From Podarcis muralis (Eukaryota), in the NCBI RefSeq assembly GCF_964188315.1, contig NC_135656.1, positions 92,566,001-92,630,000 on the forward strand: DNA of 64,000 nt. The letters are read 5' to 3'. The notes beneath the pieces are model-generated. The model did not search any database, was not told the origin of the DNA, and was given only the letters and a program-made list of their open reading frames with translations. The translations under genes and the position numbers were made by a program. How positions within the stretch are numbered: the first letter of the stretch is position 1; every line of letters starts with the position of its first letter. Below are positions 49,092 through 61,078 of this stretch, piece after piece.

Positions 49092-52000
49092 CAACTGCTG
49101 TAATGCCTCTAGGTGGATTTGCTACAGATGAAGAGCTTCACAGATAGATGAGGACTATTGGGAGCTGGGGCAGGAGTGCAAGTGATGGTAATATTCCTCT
49201 CACCTTGCTCCCCTTTCAAAACAATGGTTCCTCCTCAGTGGGAAAGGGACTTACTTTTGAGTGGACCTGCATAGGCTTACACTGATATATATAAGCAGAA
49301 AGCAATTCTCATCATAAAGATTTGCTGAAAATGAGTGTTGGGACTAGCAAATAGAGCTCACTTTCAGACTCTACGACTTTCATATTGATCTGTTAGGAGG
49401 GGGAAATCTATGCCAATGAGCCTAACGGGGCAGATTGATCAAAAGAAAAATGGACAGATAGTTGTTTTTATTATTATTCCCTCCCACTTTTAACAAATGT
49501 GATTCATTAGAAAACTGAAAAGTAGATAAATGGCAAAATATGTTTTTAATGATGCTTTCTTGAGGCTAAATGCAATTCTGACCACCACCACCCCAGTTAG
49601 AGCTATAAGCTAATCAGATCAGCTTTGCCAAAAGCATTTTGAAGCAGTAGAATGTGGGGCAGACAGAGAGGACTATTCTTCATGCCCCACTTCATGTCAA
49701 GAAGTCAGTAGCCTCTCAGGGTGTTGTTGACACCTTGACTAGGCTCATTTCTGATGTGAAGTGATTTTATGGCCAGGTGTAAATCTAGGTGTAGACTAGA
49801 TTTAGTAATTAGGAAATAAGTCTATAGGAAATGGCAAGCTGCAGACAGCGGGAGTCAAAAGCAAGAGAAAAATGTATTGGAAAGGGAAAGCAAGAGTCAA
49901 AAGCAAGAGAAAGCAAGGCAATCCTATATATTATATTAATTATATTATATTATATTATGGCTGAGAGGGGCATAATATGCTGCAATTGAAAGATGTGTGG
50001 GATAGAGCTTTTGAGTTTCATTTAATACCCTTCATAATTTTAGCATTACTTTTGGGTAACTATTAGAGGTGGTGCAGGGAAGTTCCCGAAAATAAATAGA
50101 CTCTCCTCCCTTCAACCTATATTCTTTATTTGCAAACCATATCATACCCTCCAACATTTCTCTAATGAAAATAGGGATACCCTGCTGGAGGTGAGAGTTC
50201 ACAAGGCCCTCATGCTACCAGTTTGCCACCAGGCCCGTGCGCCTCTTTCCTGGCTCAGGTTGGCAGCAGCCACTAAGGAAGCCACCATTGCTGCTTCCCC
50301 TTCCCGCATTGTTCCGGCTGCCCAGATTCTGAAGTCTGTGAGTAGCAGCAGGGCTGAGAGCACTAGAGAAGGCAGTGGCGGGGGACTCCTGACAAGAGAC
50401 CTGGGTGGCGGCAGTGGCTTTCGGGAGCCACACTGGGACTGGAGCTGCCAGAGCCCATCGTGTGCCCAGAGCTGCCCCTCTGCCTTGGGTAGGTGGGGGG
50501 TGAGCAGGTGATTGTCCCCCCCCCAAGCCCAACAACTCATGGCAATCACCCCAAAAGTAAAGCTCAACAACTTCTTGAAATATGGCAATCCTAGCTGGGG
50601 GGATTTTCACTGGGATCACAGCTGGGAAAGGAGCATTACACTTCCTCTCCCCATACCCTGGGGTCCCAATCCTAAATGCCTTCCATGCTTGCAAGTAAAT
50701 AAAATGAACTATTGATGTCATTGCATGCTACACATTTAATGTTATGGGTAGTTAGGTCCTAAGATTTGCATAGAAGTGACTGAGAGGGTATTCTCCAAGG
50801 TGAGCTCAGTTTATTGCCCAAGACAAGACTAAGGAGACTAATTTTGCTCCCCTACAATAGTTTGGTCTGTTGATCTGTTGCCATGACCCAGTTAGAAGAA
50901 AAACAACCAGCTTGATCTTTTAATTGGGCAAGAGCTGAGGAGTGTTAGAACCATCGCCTTGTTCTCTGACAGTAACACACAAGAAGTCAGCAGCAAGGTT
51001 AACAAAAAAAGAGTACTATTTGGAATGGCTTCATTCCTAGGCTATTAGCTTGGTAAATTAGAATGCAAGACTCAGTCCTAACCCTTAGTTCTGCGAGATG
51101 CCATCTATTTCCCAATGTCTATGCAGTTATAACCTTTTCAAGAAAAAGGGCCACCTCTATAGAATCCTAGCCCAAAGAAAATTCGTATCTGTATTTACAT
51201 TATCTCAGTGCCGTACTTAATATGCTATGTGCAGTGTCTACATAAGAAGCAGAAATTTCAAAATAATGTACTTCTTTCCTAAAAGAAGTAAGGCACAGAG
51301 AGATTATTAGTGTGAGGTGCAGTGCAAGGTCATGCTGACAATCCTGGCATGGGGGAAACAGGGATTGCCCAGACATGAGCATGGTAGGACTCAAGGCTAC
51401 TTATTGACAGATATTTGTTTGTTGTGGTACCTGTGCAATTTGTGCAGTATGTTCATGCCTTGTTCATTCCGTATGCACTGTGTGAGTACAAGAGTAATTT
51501 TATTTTCATAAGGGAGGAAAATGTGTCATTTTCATTTAGACTTTAAAAATATTTTAAAAATGGATATGCTTTGATTTACATTTATTAAATGATTTAAAAT
51601 TATGCCTCTTAAATGCTTCATTGATTAAATTGCTGAAAATGCATGGGGAGAAAAAATACTTCTGCTGGCATTTCTGCTAACAACCGTTTGCCACCTCAAC
51701 TTATAAAAGTACCTGAAGAATCCAGATTGCACTTGTATATTTCTTCAGCTGTCAAAATATTCATTTATAAATATGAATGGGCTTGTTCTGAGAGCTGTGA
51801 TTGAAATGCAGCTCCATTTTAGCAAACATAATTTTAGTATTCATTTGTTAAACCAACTTTCTGGATTCTCAAAAAAAAAACGTGTGTAGAAAATGGAGTA
51901 GAAACCACTTCACTCTTCCGTGGAAGCAAATACCTGATTTTTTTAAGGAGGAAAAATGTATCAGTGGAAAAATAAATGCACTGCTATGTTTTGTTCATCC

Positions 52001-53108
52001 AATCTATTTGTATTTGCAGACTAAAGATCCTTAACCTGGACTTAGAAGATAGTAATAGACAGGAATCATATATATTTAGAAACAAAGATAAGCATTGCTT
52101 ATAAGGAGCAACCTTTACTTTATTTTGCCAAAAGCTCCACTCGTATGGAAACTCCAGCACTGGGTTTTCATCTATTCATGTTGTGTGTCTTCTTGTAAAA
52201 GTCAATATGTCACTATTTTCTGTATGTCAGTATGAAGGCTGATTGGAGTGTTGACTTTAAAGACAGGTCAAAAAGTCATAGAGAAGAAAAGCAACAACCT
52301 TTACTAGAATGGAATGATGCTAAATGTCACAGAACAAAAGATTTAGATGCAATTTGGTGAAGTGACATGCAAAAATGTTTAGACGGCAATGCTTACAGGA
52401 CATGCTTTAAATCATGTCAGACTTGAGGCTAACATTGCTACCCTGCAAAAATCACACCCAACACTGAATGCACAACTAGGCCATGCACTAATATATAGTG
52501 TTGTTAATTGATGACTTTAAAAAAATCAGCATTCCGTCTATTTATGAAGACTGAAGAAAAGATTGGCAGCACAGAGTCAATGGTATTATGCTTCCAAAGA
52601 GTGCCTGGTCCAAGCAAACCAGACCTTTCAATTTGCTTAATCCTCTGTTCAAACCATTCACATCTTGGCTGTGACCCAATAGCAAATTCAACTATTATCT
52701 TTCACTACACCTCTTTTTTGTCCTTGAAGTTGACTTAGCCCTTTTCCGCAACACCTGAACTGCCACCTGACAACTGGCCAATACAGATACAAGCCATAAT
52801 TAGAACACTGATCCTTGATCTGTCTGGTTCACTGGGTGGAATCCTGACATATAGTATTTTAAAACCATTGCAAATCCTTGACCTGCAAATTGATAATCTC
52901 CCCCCCGCCCCCCCGGTTGTGGTTTGATCAACACCTTCATGCCATTATTTAGATTTTTTGGGTTTTTTGGTCCACTGATACAAATATGTTGAGAATATAT
53001 TACATTGTGTTTAGAAAATAGAGAAGACAGCTGTTTACTTTTATTATAAGCCTATTCGTAACATGTTAATTGTATCCGCATATTTGAAGCTACAAATATA
53101 CATAATAA

Positions 53109-53474
53109 TAAAGGTAAAGGTAAAGGACCCCTGACAGTTAAGTCCAGTTGCGAACGACTCTGGGGTTGCGGCACTCATCTCGCTTTATTGGCTGAGGGAG
53201 CCGATGTTTGTCCACAGTTTTTCCGGGTCATGTAGCTAGCATGACTAAGCTGCTTCTGGTGAAACCAGAGCAGTGCACAGAAACGCCGTTTACCTTCCCG
53301 CCGGAGCAATACCCATTTATCTACTTGCCCTTTGATGTGCTTTTGAACTGCTAGGTTGGCAGGAGCTGGGACTGAACAACAGGCGCTCACCCTGTCGCAG
53401 GGATTTGAACCGCTGACCTTCCAATCAGCAAGCCCAAGGCTCAGTGGTTTACACCACAGTGCCACCCACGTCCC
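53109..53474 (-). mobile_element. Full-length Sauria (Squam1) SINE
   Basis: (aaaggt)n tail at the left and gggacgtgggtggcactgtgg head at the right. Homologous to the other copies. Confidence 0.95.
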
Positions 53475-53509
53475 GTATGCGTAATAATAAGAGAAGATAA
53501 AGTGTTGGG

Positions 53510-53910
53510 ATATACTTGGAGCACTGTGTCCAGTTCTGGGCACCATAATTTAAGAAGGATATTGACAAAATGGAGGAGGGCAACCAAGATGATCAAGGTT
53601 CTGGAAACAAAGCCTTAGGAGGCATGGCTGAGGGTGGACACTCCTTCAATGGAGGTTTTCAAGCAGAGTTTAGACATGCATGATCTAGTTGAGATTCCTG
53701 CATTGCAGGGGATTGGACTAGATCAGTGTTTCCCAACCTTGTGCCTCCAGCTGTTTTTGGCCTACAATTCCCATCATCCCTTGCCACTGGTCTTGCTAGT
53801 CAGGGATGATGGGAGTTGTAGGCCAAAAACATCTGGAGGCACAAGGTTGGGAAACACTGGACTAGATGACCCTCACTGTACCTTCCAGTGCTATAATTCT
53901 ATGGTTCCAT
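53510..53910 (+). mobile_element. CR1 3' fragment with internal deletion, interrupted by an hAT MITE
   Basis: ttggagcactgtgtccagttctgggcacc...aagaaggatattgacaaa (CR1 ORF2) and a 3' end with attctatg. Confidence 0.8.
53724..53859. mobile_element. hAT MITE
   Basis: Perfect TIR cagtgtttcccaaccttgtgcctccag / ctggaggcacaaggttgggaaacactg and TSD gactagat (53716-53723, 53860-53867). Confidence 0.95.
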
Positions 53911-54289
53911 GGGTTTCTCTTAGCCATGGTGGATAATTTGTTTGTGTGCAAGTGCTAAACAGAGCAAACATAGTCTTAGGGTGTTGGCTATTGCATGCCT
54001 AAATTTCCAACTCTAGGCCAATGAATCATGAGCCTGAACTGCTGACATGCCCTGCTCCTACAGACCCCTTGTCACCCAGGGATGCTGTTGCCAGGAGGCC
54101 AGGTCTATGGCGCTATCCTCCTTGTTGGTTTCCCATCTAGGCACTAACCTCACCAGACCTGCTTAGTTTTAGTATAGTTTCCAAATCAGGTGCTCTCTGA
54201 CCATACCCTTAAATCTAACCATAATAGACTGTTACAGCCAACACATAAAGGAGTCCTGTGTCACCTTAAAGAATTAAGGAAAGGTTACT

Positions 54290-54410
54290 AGATGTCCCCG
54301 TTTCCCTGGGACAGTCCCCAGATTTATAAATCAGTCCCCTGACAAAATCCATCTATTTAGTAGGAAGTTGAAAAGTGTCCCCGGATTCATTGAAAAATCT
54401 AGTAACCTTA
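54290..54410. mobile_element. Older hAT-like MITE
   Basis: aaggttactagat ... atctagtaacctta inverted termini with internal gtcccc repeats. Confidence 0.6.
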
Positions 54411-55092
54411 ACTTAAGGTCTCTAGTCTATGAGCTTTATGCCACACAACACACCTGTTGATTCTTAAACTGCTATCTGTTAGATAGACCAATGTAAATGT
54501 GAATTATGCAATACCATTTGAATGCAGATATTTCAAAGCTAGTTTTCAGAATTCTGGAAAAGTTTAGCTAATTTGGAGAGACAACTGCAATTATGCAAGA
54601 TATTGTGCTGTGTACTCACATTTTTAAGTGGTATATTTTAAGGAAGAATATGTGCAATGTATTACCATAAATCTAATTTACTTTGCGAAACAAAATGCAA
54701 ATCAATGTACCTAAACTGTAGGAACTTTATACTTGACTGTGTTGTGTTACTACAGCTGAGAGTTAACCGACTTAATATGGTAATAGATGCAGGAGTAAAC
54801 AAATTCAGATACACATTCTGTGCTAGACTCAGAAAGCATAGTTTGGTAGCATTGTTTTTCATCCTGCCCATTCTAAGTAGGCTGTATTTTTGCACATGGA
54901 TTTTTTTATAGCATAACTCTAAAGGGACTGGGATTTGAAAATGCACATTCAAACTTTTAAATAATTGTGGCAGCTCTTCTGCTAAAGGGGGTAAGTATTC
55001 AGAAGATCCAGATTGATGGAGACACTAAGCAATTTAAAAATCTATTAAAAATCATGAGTGTTATTAAATGAAACTATTTAGGCACCCTATTT

Positions 55093-55359
55093 AGACAGCA
55101 TCTTAAAAAGTAGAGAAATCACCTTGTCAACAAAGGCCCGTATAGTAAAAGCTATGGTTTTCCCAGTAGTGATGTATGGATGTGAAAGCTGGACCATAAA
55201 GAAGGCTGATCGCTGAAGAATTGATGCTTTTGAATTATGGTGCTGGAGGAGACTCTTGAGAGTCCCATGGACTGCAAGAACATCAAACCTCTCCATTCTT
55301 AAGGAAATCAGCCCTGAGTGCTCACTGGAAAGACAGATCCTGACGCTGAGGCTCCAATA
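55093..55359 (+). mobile_element. Bov-B internal fragment lacking its 3' end
   Basis: tagacagcatcttaaaaag...ggatgtgaaagctggaccataaagaagg...ctgaggctccaata. Overlaps in sequence with the 36741 copy and ends abruptly. Confidence 0.9.
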
Positions 55360-55544
55360 GGTTTTGTTTCATTTTGAAAAATAGAATTTTATTTTATGGT
55401 TTATTATTGTTTATATTTTGAATTTGATATATTCAGGACACCCAAATCTTTTAAGTACTTAGGGCCTCTTAAGGTCTTAATCTGGCCCTGGTCTACCTTG
55501 TCTAGCATTCTGTTCCCACAGCATCCAGCCAGGTGTTATTTGGA

Positions 55545-55800
55545 AGCCCATAAACAGAACACAAATTACAAGAAGGGAGATTCCAACTAAACATTAAGAA
55601 ATACTTTCTGACCATAAGAGCTGATCAACACTGGAAGAGGCTCCCTTCAGTGGTGATGGACTCTCCTTCATTGGAGGTTTTTAAACAGCTTGGATGGCCA
55701 TCTGTCAGGGATTCATTTGCTGTGATTACTGCATTGCAGGGGGTTGGACTACACTACATGACCCTCTGGGTCTCTTCCAAATCTACATTTCTATGATTCT
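55545..55800 (+). mobile_element. CR1 3' end
   Basis: gggagattccaactaaacattaagaaa...ttggaggtttttaaacag...tcttccaaatctacatttctatgattct terminus. Confidence 0.8.
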
Positions 55801-57314
55801 TTGATAAGTCAAATACCCAGCAAGTGGTAGAGGCATATGGCTTCATTTCCTAAAGATAGCATGCAGCCATCACGACTAGTAGCCATTCTCAGTCTTATCC
55901 TCCATGAATTGTTCTACTTCCCTTTTAAATCTCTCCAGGTTGGTTCTAAAACCCTTCAGTAAGGAAATAAATCAGTAAGTAAACAAATAGGAAGCTGATT
56001 TAAGGAAGATCATAAGCACCATTCAATGACATAAATCATTGTATAAATGCACTCCAAGGCCAGATTTGTTGGGAGACAAACAACACTTGCAATAACCTGA
56101 GCTGATGGGGAGGGGAGCAATAGACAAAAGGGAAAACTATTCTTCCTTTGCTGATTCCTTCTTGAGTAAACTACTTGTAGATAATTTGTTTCTCGGGCTT
56201 TTTCTCCCTTCTTGCTTCTTCTCCAAGTACGTTAGGGTTAGACCTTGCTTACATTAAACTCATGATTCCATGTTGGCCGCATGGAAGGTTGTACTCAAAA
56301 TAGCTCTGTTTTCCAGGAGTGATAAATCTTAAGTTTCTTTTCTTTTCTTTTTTGCAACCAGCAGTCTTACCAGGCTATTTATGTCTGCAGCCTGCTGCAA
56401 TATATATGCCAAACTCCAACAAGATTTCTACGTGTGCTGTGGTGTGGTTGCTTCTTTGTAGTATGGTTTCCATTTTGCAGTTTTGATGTCTGCAGCTGGG
56501 AGTATCAGAAGAAATGAGCTGGTCATGTGGCAATTTTAGCAAACTGAGACAGGTACAGCTGGAATAGGGGATTCCAGTGTGGGTCACCTATCCCAAAGTA
56601 TTGCAGATGATATCTCTATAGCGTGGGGAACAAATTGTCCCAAAGAGAATAAAAAGCCACATGTTGGAGGTAATTCATTGCTATTAAATAACTATAAAAC
56701 AGGTTCACCACTGATTCTAAGCAATACCGAAAACAACTATTGAAGAGTTTGATCCAGCGCCCCTCAAAGAAATTTAACGCCTGCATGTATATCAAAGCTA
56801 CTTTGATGAGGACTTAACATCACTATACTGGAAAATGGAAGCAAATTCTTTCAGATACTCTGCTTGGACCAAATCATGGTTGTTGTTTATTTGCTTGTGG
56901 GTTTTGCCATCTTTGCAACGACATATTCAAATGTAAATTTTTGTAGACATTGGAAGTTGTCGTTAGCAGTAGTCCTTTGAAATACGATGCTTTGAAATAG
57001 TTCCTCATTTAATTTTTCTCTTGGAAAAAAAAGGTGACTTTAAACAGCTCTTAGAACTTTAGCGGGATCTGTGAAAAGTTTCTTTTCAAGGCAATCAAAG
57101 GCAAGAATAATGGGTGTGGGAGAAATAATATATGTATGATATACTCTTTCTATAATTCGTATATATGCTACTTCACCAATCTATGGATATACAGGTGCAG
57201 AAGCAATTATCAATAGAATGAATCATATGTTTGAAAGAAGGGAAGAGAGGACTGAATTCAGTTCCTCTTACTTTCCACTTGTCATACACACAGATGGCTG
57301 ACCTGACCCTGATA

Positions 57315-57555
57315 CAGTGGTACCTCGGGTTAAGAACTTAATTCGTTCCAGAGATCCGTTCTTAACCTGAAACTGTTCTTAACCTGAAGACCACTTTAGC
57401 TACTGGGGCCTCCTGCTGCTGCTGCGCCGCCGGAGCATGATTTCTGTTCTCATCCTGAAGCAAAGTTCTTAACCCGAGGTAATATTTCTGGGTTAGCGGA
57501 GTCTGTAACCTGAAGCGTTTGTAACCTGAAGCGTCTGTAACTCGAGGTACCACTG
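57315..57555. mobile_element. Tc1/mariner (Tigger-like) MITE
   Basis: TA|cagtggtacctcgggtta...taactcgaggtaccactg|TA; same family as 9279-9509. Confidence 0.95.
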
Positions 57556-57686
57556 TAATATGATTCTAAGGGACATTCTCACTCCTCTTGCCAGACACAC
57601 CATTTATAGTAATAGCCAGCACAGAGAAAGCCGGGTCACACGGACAAAATGCAAGGATGTAAAAGTTCCTTTAAAAAATATATATA

Positions 57687-58075
57687 TATTTATTAGAGTT
57701 TAACAAATACAGTAAAAAATACAATAAGAAAAAACACCAACAGTACATCAAAACATTAAAAAAAAGAAAAAACAAAAACATTTAAAAGGCAAAGACATTT
57801 AAAGAAGAAAAAGAAAAAATAAAGAACCAACAATTTCATATCCTTATCTTTCATTTACTTCTTTCCTTGACTTCCTCGCACCTCCCTTTTTTGTATTCTA
57901 GTTCAATTAGTTGTTTCAGCAAGTCCTTTTCCTCTTTCAAATTTAGTTCCATAATTAATCTTAACGCAATTTAGCTTTGCATTTTACACCTTTACCCATT
58001 ATCAATCTATACTTACTTAATTCTTTATAACATTTCTACTAAAGCCATATAACTTCTTTCCAGCATCCTTCTAGC
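57687..58075 (-). mobile_element. Probable L1/Tx1-type LINE 3' region
   Basis: Begins tttatt, followed by a strongly A-rich then T/C-rich block typical of antisense L1 3'UTRs. No coding motif recognised. Confidence 0.4.
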
Positions 58076-58727
58076 ATTCATGGATGTAAAAGTTCCTCCC
58101 TCGCTCTGACCCATAGTCCCCTTCATTATTTTAAATGTTCTGTCTTGCTCCTTGGCAGCCTTGCAGACACCCCGTTCCATCCCACCCACTGCCAGCTTTC
58201 TTCTCCTTAGTTCCTCATCCTTTCCAGCTGTCACACCTAACCACCTCTCCCTCCTTCCCACATTCCCTCTTAGTCCTTCAGATGTCCTCTTTACTCCCAA
58301 TCCATTCCATGTGCTTTTTCTCCTGTGAGTCACCACTTGATTTAACTTGTCATATTAACTTGCCCTTGCTCGCTTTCCTCCCTGCTCCCCTAACATTGTT
58401 CTCAGAGAAACCTTGCCCCACCCCTGCCCTTATACACTTGGGAAACAGTCAATGAGAACAGTGGTGATAGTCTTACATTCTTATTATATGTAAGACAATA
58501 TCTACATTGACACAGTTAACATTCAAAAATGACTCACATCCCAAGAAGCAGCAACTAGGATCAGGTTGTGAGCCAAGTTTGGGAAGGTGGGGAGCAGTGA
58601 AGAGGATTCACATTTGGATCCAAAAATATCTGATTTGGAGGTGTCCCATATGGGACAGAATGGATGGATGTAGGATTGCTCCTTTGGTGTTCTTGAATAC
58701 CAGCCTAGGACTATTCTTCCTTTAGTT

Positions 58728-58768
58728 GCTCACTCACTCACTCACTCACTCACTCACTCACTCACTCA
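58728..58768. repeat. (CTCA)n microsatellite
   Basis: Direct read. Confidence 0.95.
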
Positions 58769-59352
58769 AGGAGTACCAAAACGGTTTAGGTACTTGATAG
58801 CCCTAATTCTATACACATTATCCGAAGCATTCTAATTTCTAGAAAAGTATGGGACACTTTTATACTGGCACATACAAATCCCTCCTGAGATTCTGTACAT
58901 TATGGAGCTATTACATTCGGGAAAGTGATGAGGTGTCTTTCAAAACACCATGTGAAACCTCCTTAGTTTCCCATTCTTGAAAAAAGATATGCTCCTTCGA
59001 CTTGAATAGATATTTTATTTTTAAAGAGAGGGGTGTGTTGGGGCTCCATAGACAACTTTGGGTAACCTATAACTTGCATCCCCTTATTCTTATATAGGTT
59101 GACAAGGAATTTCTCTCATGGAAGAGGGAGTCCCATATAGATCATCTAACAGGGACTCCCTCAGGGATGATGTTAAGATCTTAAAGTGAGAGTTACTGAG
59201 ACCATATTTTATATGCCACCTCTGAGAATACAGCTAAGGATAAAAGATGGATTTAAAACAAACAAACCAAACTGTATCTGTGTCTGCAGGACCATATGTA
59301 GGAAAAGCTTCAGTGAAGTTTCCCCATGCAGGCAAATTTCGAATGGGTTAGG

Positions 59353-59611
59353 GTTGTTGTTGTTGTTGTTTAGTCGTTTAGTCGCGTCCGACTCTTCGTG
59401 ACCCCATGGACCAGGGCATGCCAGGCACTTCTGTCTTCCACTGCCTCCCACAGTTTGGTCAAACTCATGCTGGTAGCTTCAAGAACACTGTCCACCCATC
59501 TCATCCTCTGTTGTCCCCTTTTCCTTGTGCCCTCCATCTTTCCCAACATCAGGGTCTTTTCCAGGGAGTCTTCTCTTCTCATGAGGTGGCCAAAGTATTG
59601 GAGCCTCAGCT
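59353..59611 (-). mobile_element. Bov-B 3' terminal fragment with (AAC)n tail
   Basis: ORF 59370-59582 MRREDSLEKTLMLGKMEGTRKRGQQRMRWVDS...HGVTKSRTRLND. Confidence 0.95.
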
Positions 59612-59859
59612 AAAGGACCCCTGACAGTTAAGTCCAGTCACAAATGACTCTGGGCTTGCAGCATTCATCTTGCTTTTCTGGCCGAGGGAGCCGGCATTTG
59701 TCCACAGACATTTTTTCTGGGTTATGTGGCCAGCATGACTAAGCTGCTTCTGGTGAAACCAGAGCAGCGCACAGAAACGCTGTTTACCTTCCTGCCAGAG
59801 TGGTACCTATTTATCTACTTGCATCTTTGGTGTGATTTCGAACTGCTAGGTTGACAGAA
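59612..59859 (-). mobile_element. 5'-truncated Sauria SINE fused directly to the Bov-B fragment
   Basis: aaaggacccctgacagttaagtccagtc...gaactgctaggttg, homologous to 53120-53380. Confidence 0.9.
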
Positions 59860-59869
59860 GCCCCATGTA

Positions 59870-60070
59870 AATTGTGCTGCAGTATCCACTTTTGAGGTAA
59901 CTAAAGGATGAGCTTCTCAAGGAACAGATGCAGTTGGGCAAAAGCTCTACTGGACACTGACACCATCTGTATGCATCCTGCACCAAAGCTGGGCCAAGGA
60001 GCATGCCAAAACAGCATGCCTGATTCTTCAGGGACAGTGCACCCCATTCTAAACGCTGTCATCTAGTTTC
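59870..60070 (-). mobile_element. Degraded L2 fragment
   Basis: Resembles the reverse complement of the 5000-5200 L2 segment (cagggacagtgcacccc...). Confidence 0.45.
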
Positions 60071-60113
60071 CCACATGTCTACCAGGGCCATGCTTGCCTC
60101 ATGTGGATTCAAC

Positions 60114-60156
<43 letters not shown>
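60114..60156. repeat. (ATT)n microsatellite
   Basis: Direct read. Confidence 0.95.
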
Positions 60157-60157
<1 letters not shown>

Positions 60158-60703
60158 CCCACATCCAGTCCTTCACTGTTTCCAGGCACTGCTTTAGAAA
60201 TCACATAACCACCCTGTCATCAGATGGGAAGGCGGAACAGAACCAATATTGAAGGAAGAGACCACGTGCTGATGTTACTGAATGCCACATCTCTGAATGA
60301 TACGTTTTTCATGTATTAAAGAGGGCAAGACTGAAACTTGCCAGATATTGCAACCCAATGAGCATGGCTTCAAGCAAAGCCCACTGACTCCTGGGCCATC
60401 CTTTGAAACTTACTCTCCAAGAGGGTGTGGGACCACTTTCTCCCAATTCCAGAAAATAAGTGAATATTGTGGAAACTGGGCTTTCTCACAACCTGCTGTT
60501 CACTTGGAGCACCTAATTCTGAACAGAAGCTACCTGAAGGGTGCAGGGACTTGCAACACTCATTCACCATGCTACTGCTGCCTGTTGAGTGTTAATGCTG
60601 GCACTTTTCCTTTCTCCACACGCCTCCAGTCCTTTCTTTATGTGTGTTGCTGTAATTGGTTTTGCACTTGTCAACCACTTAGAAGTCACCTTGGCAATTA
60701 AGC

Positions 60704-60705
<2 letters not shown>

Positions 60706-60747
<42 letters not shown>
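60706..60747. repeat. (GAT)n microsatellite
   Basis: Direct read; explains the poly-Asp in ORF 60589-60783. Confidence 0.95.
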
Positions 60748-60748
<1 letters not shown>

Positions 60749-60934
60749 TAATGGTTGAGCTTGGCAGCTCAGAAAAGTATTAAAGCACCTACCATGTATG
60801 GCTGTACACTTTCCATTTCCTTCTCCTTTCTCTTTCTTCCTCCTTTGCGTCTCCTTGTCAACACACCTGAGATAGGAAAGGAGAGGGCATCAAAGCTTTA
60901 GTAACACAGGATTGCAACATGCTCTGCTGACATG

Positions 60935-61078
60935 CAGCTTTCACCAACCTGGTCCCCTTCAGATGCTTTGGACTACAAGTCCCATCATCCCTAACTGTTG
61001 GTCATACTAGCTCAGACTGATGGGACTTGTAGTCCAAAAGATGTGGAGGGAAACAAGTTGGAGAAGGTGAAGATAGAG
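60935..61078. mobile_element. Older hAT MITE copy
   Basis: cagatgctttggactacaagtcccatcatccc ... gatgggacttgtagtccaaaagatgtgg palindrome, same family as 34433-34568. Confidence 0.7.

Noticed and set aside
60589-60783. ORF with a poly-Asp run
   Set aside because: Translation of a (GAT)n microsatellite.
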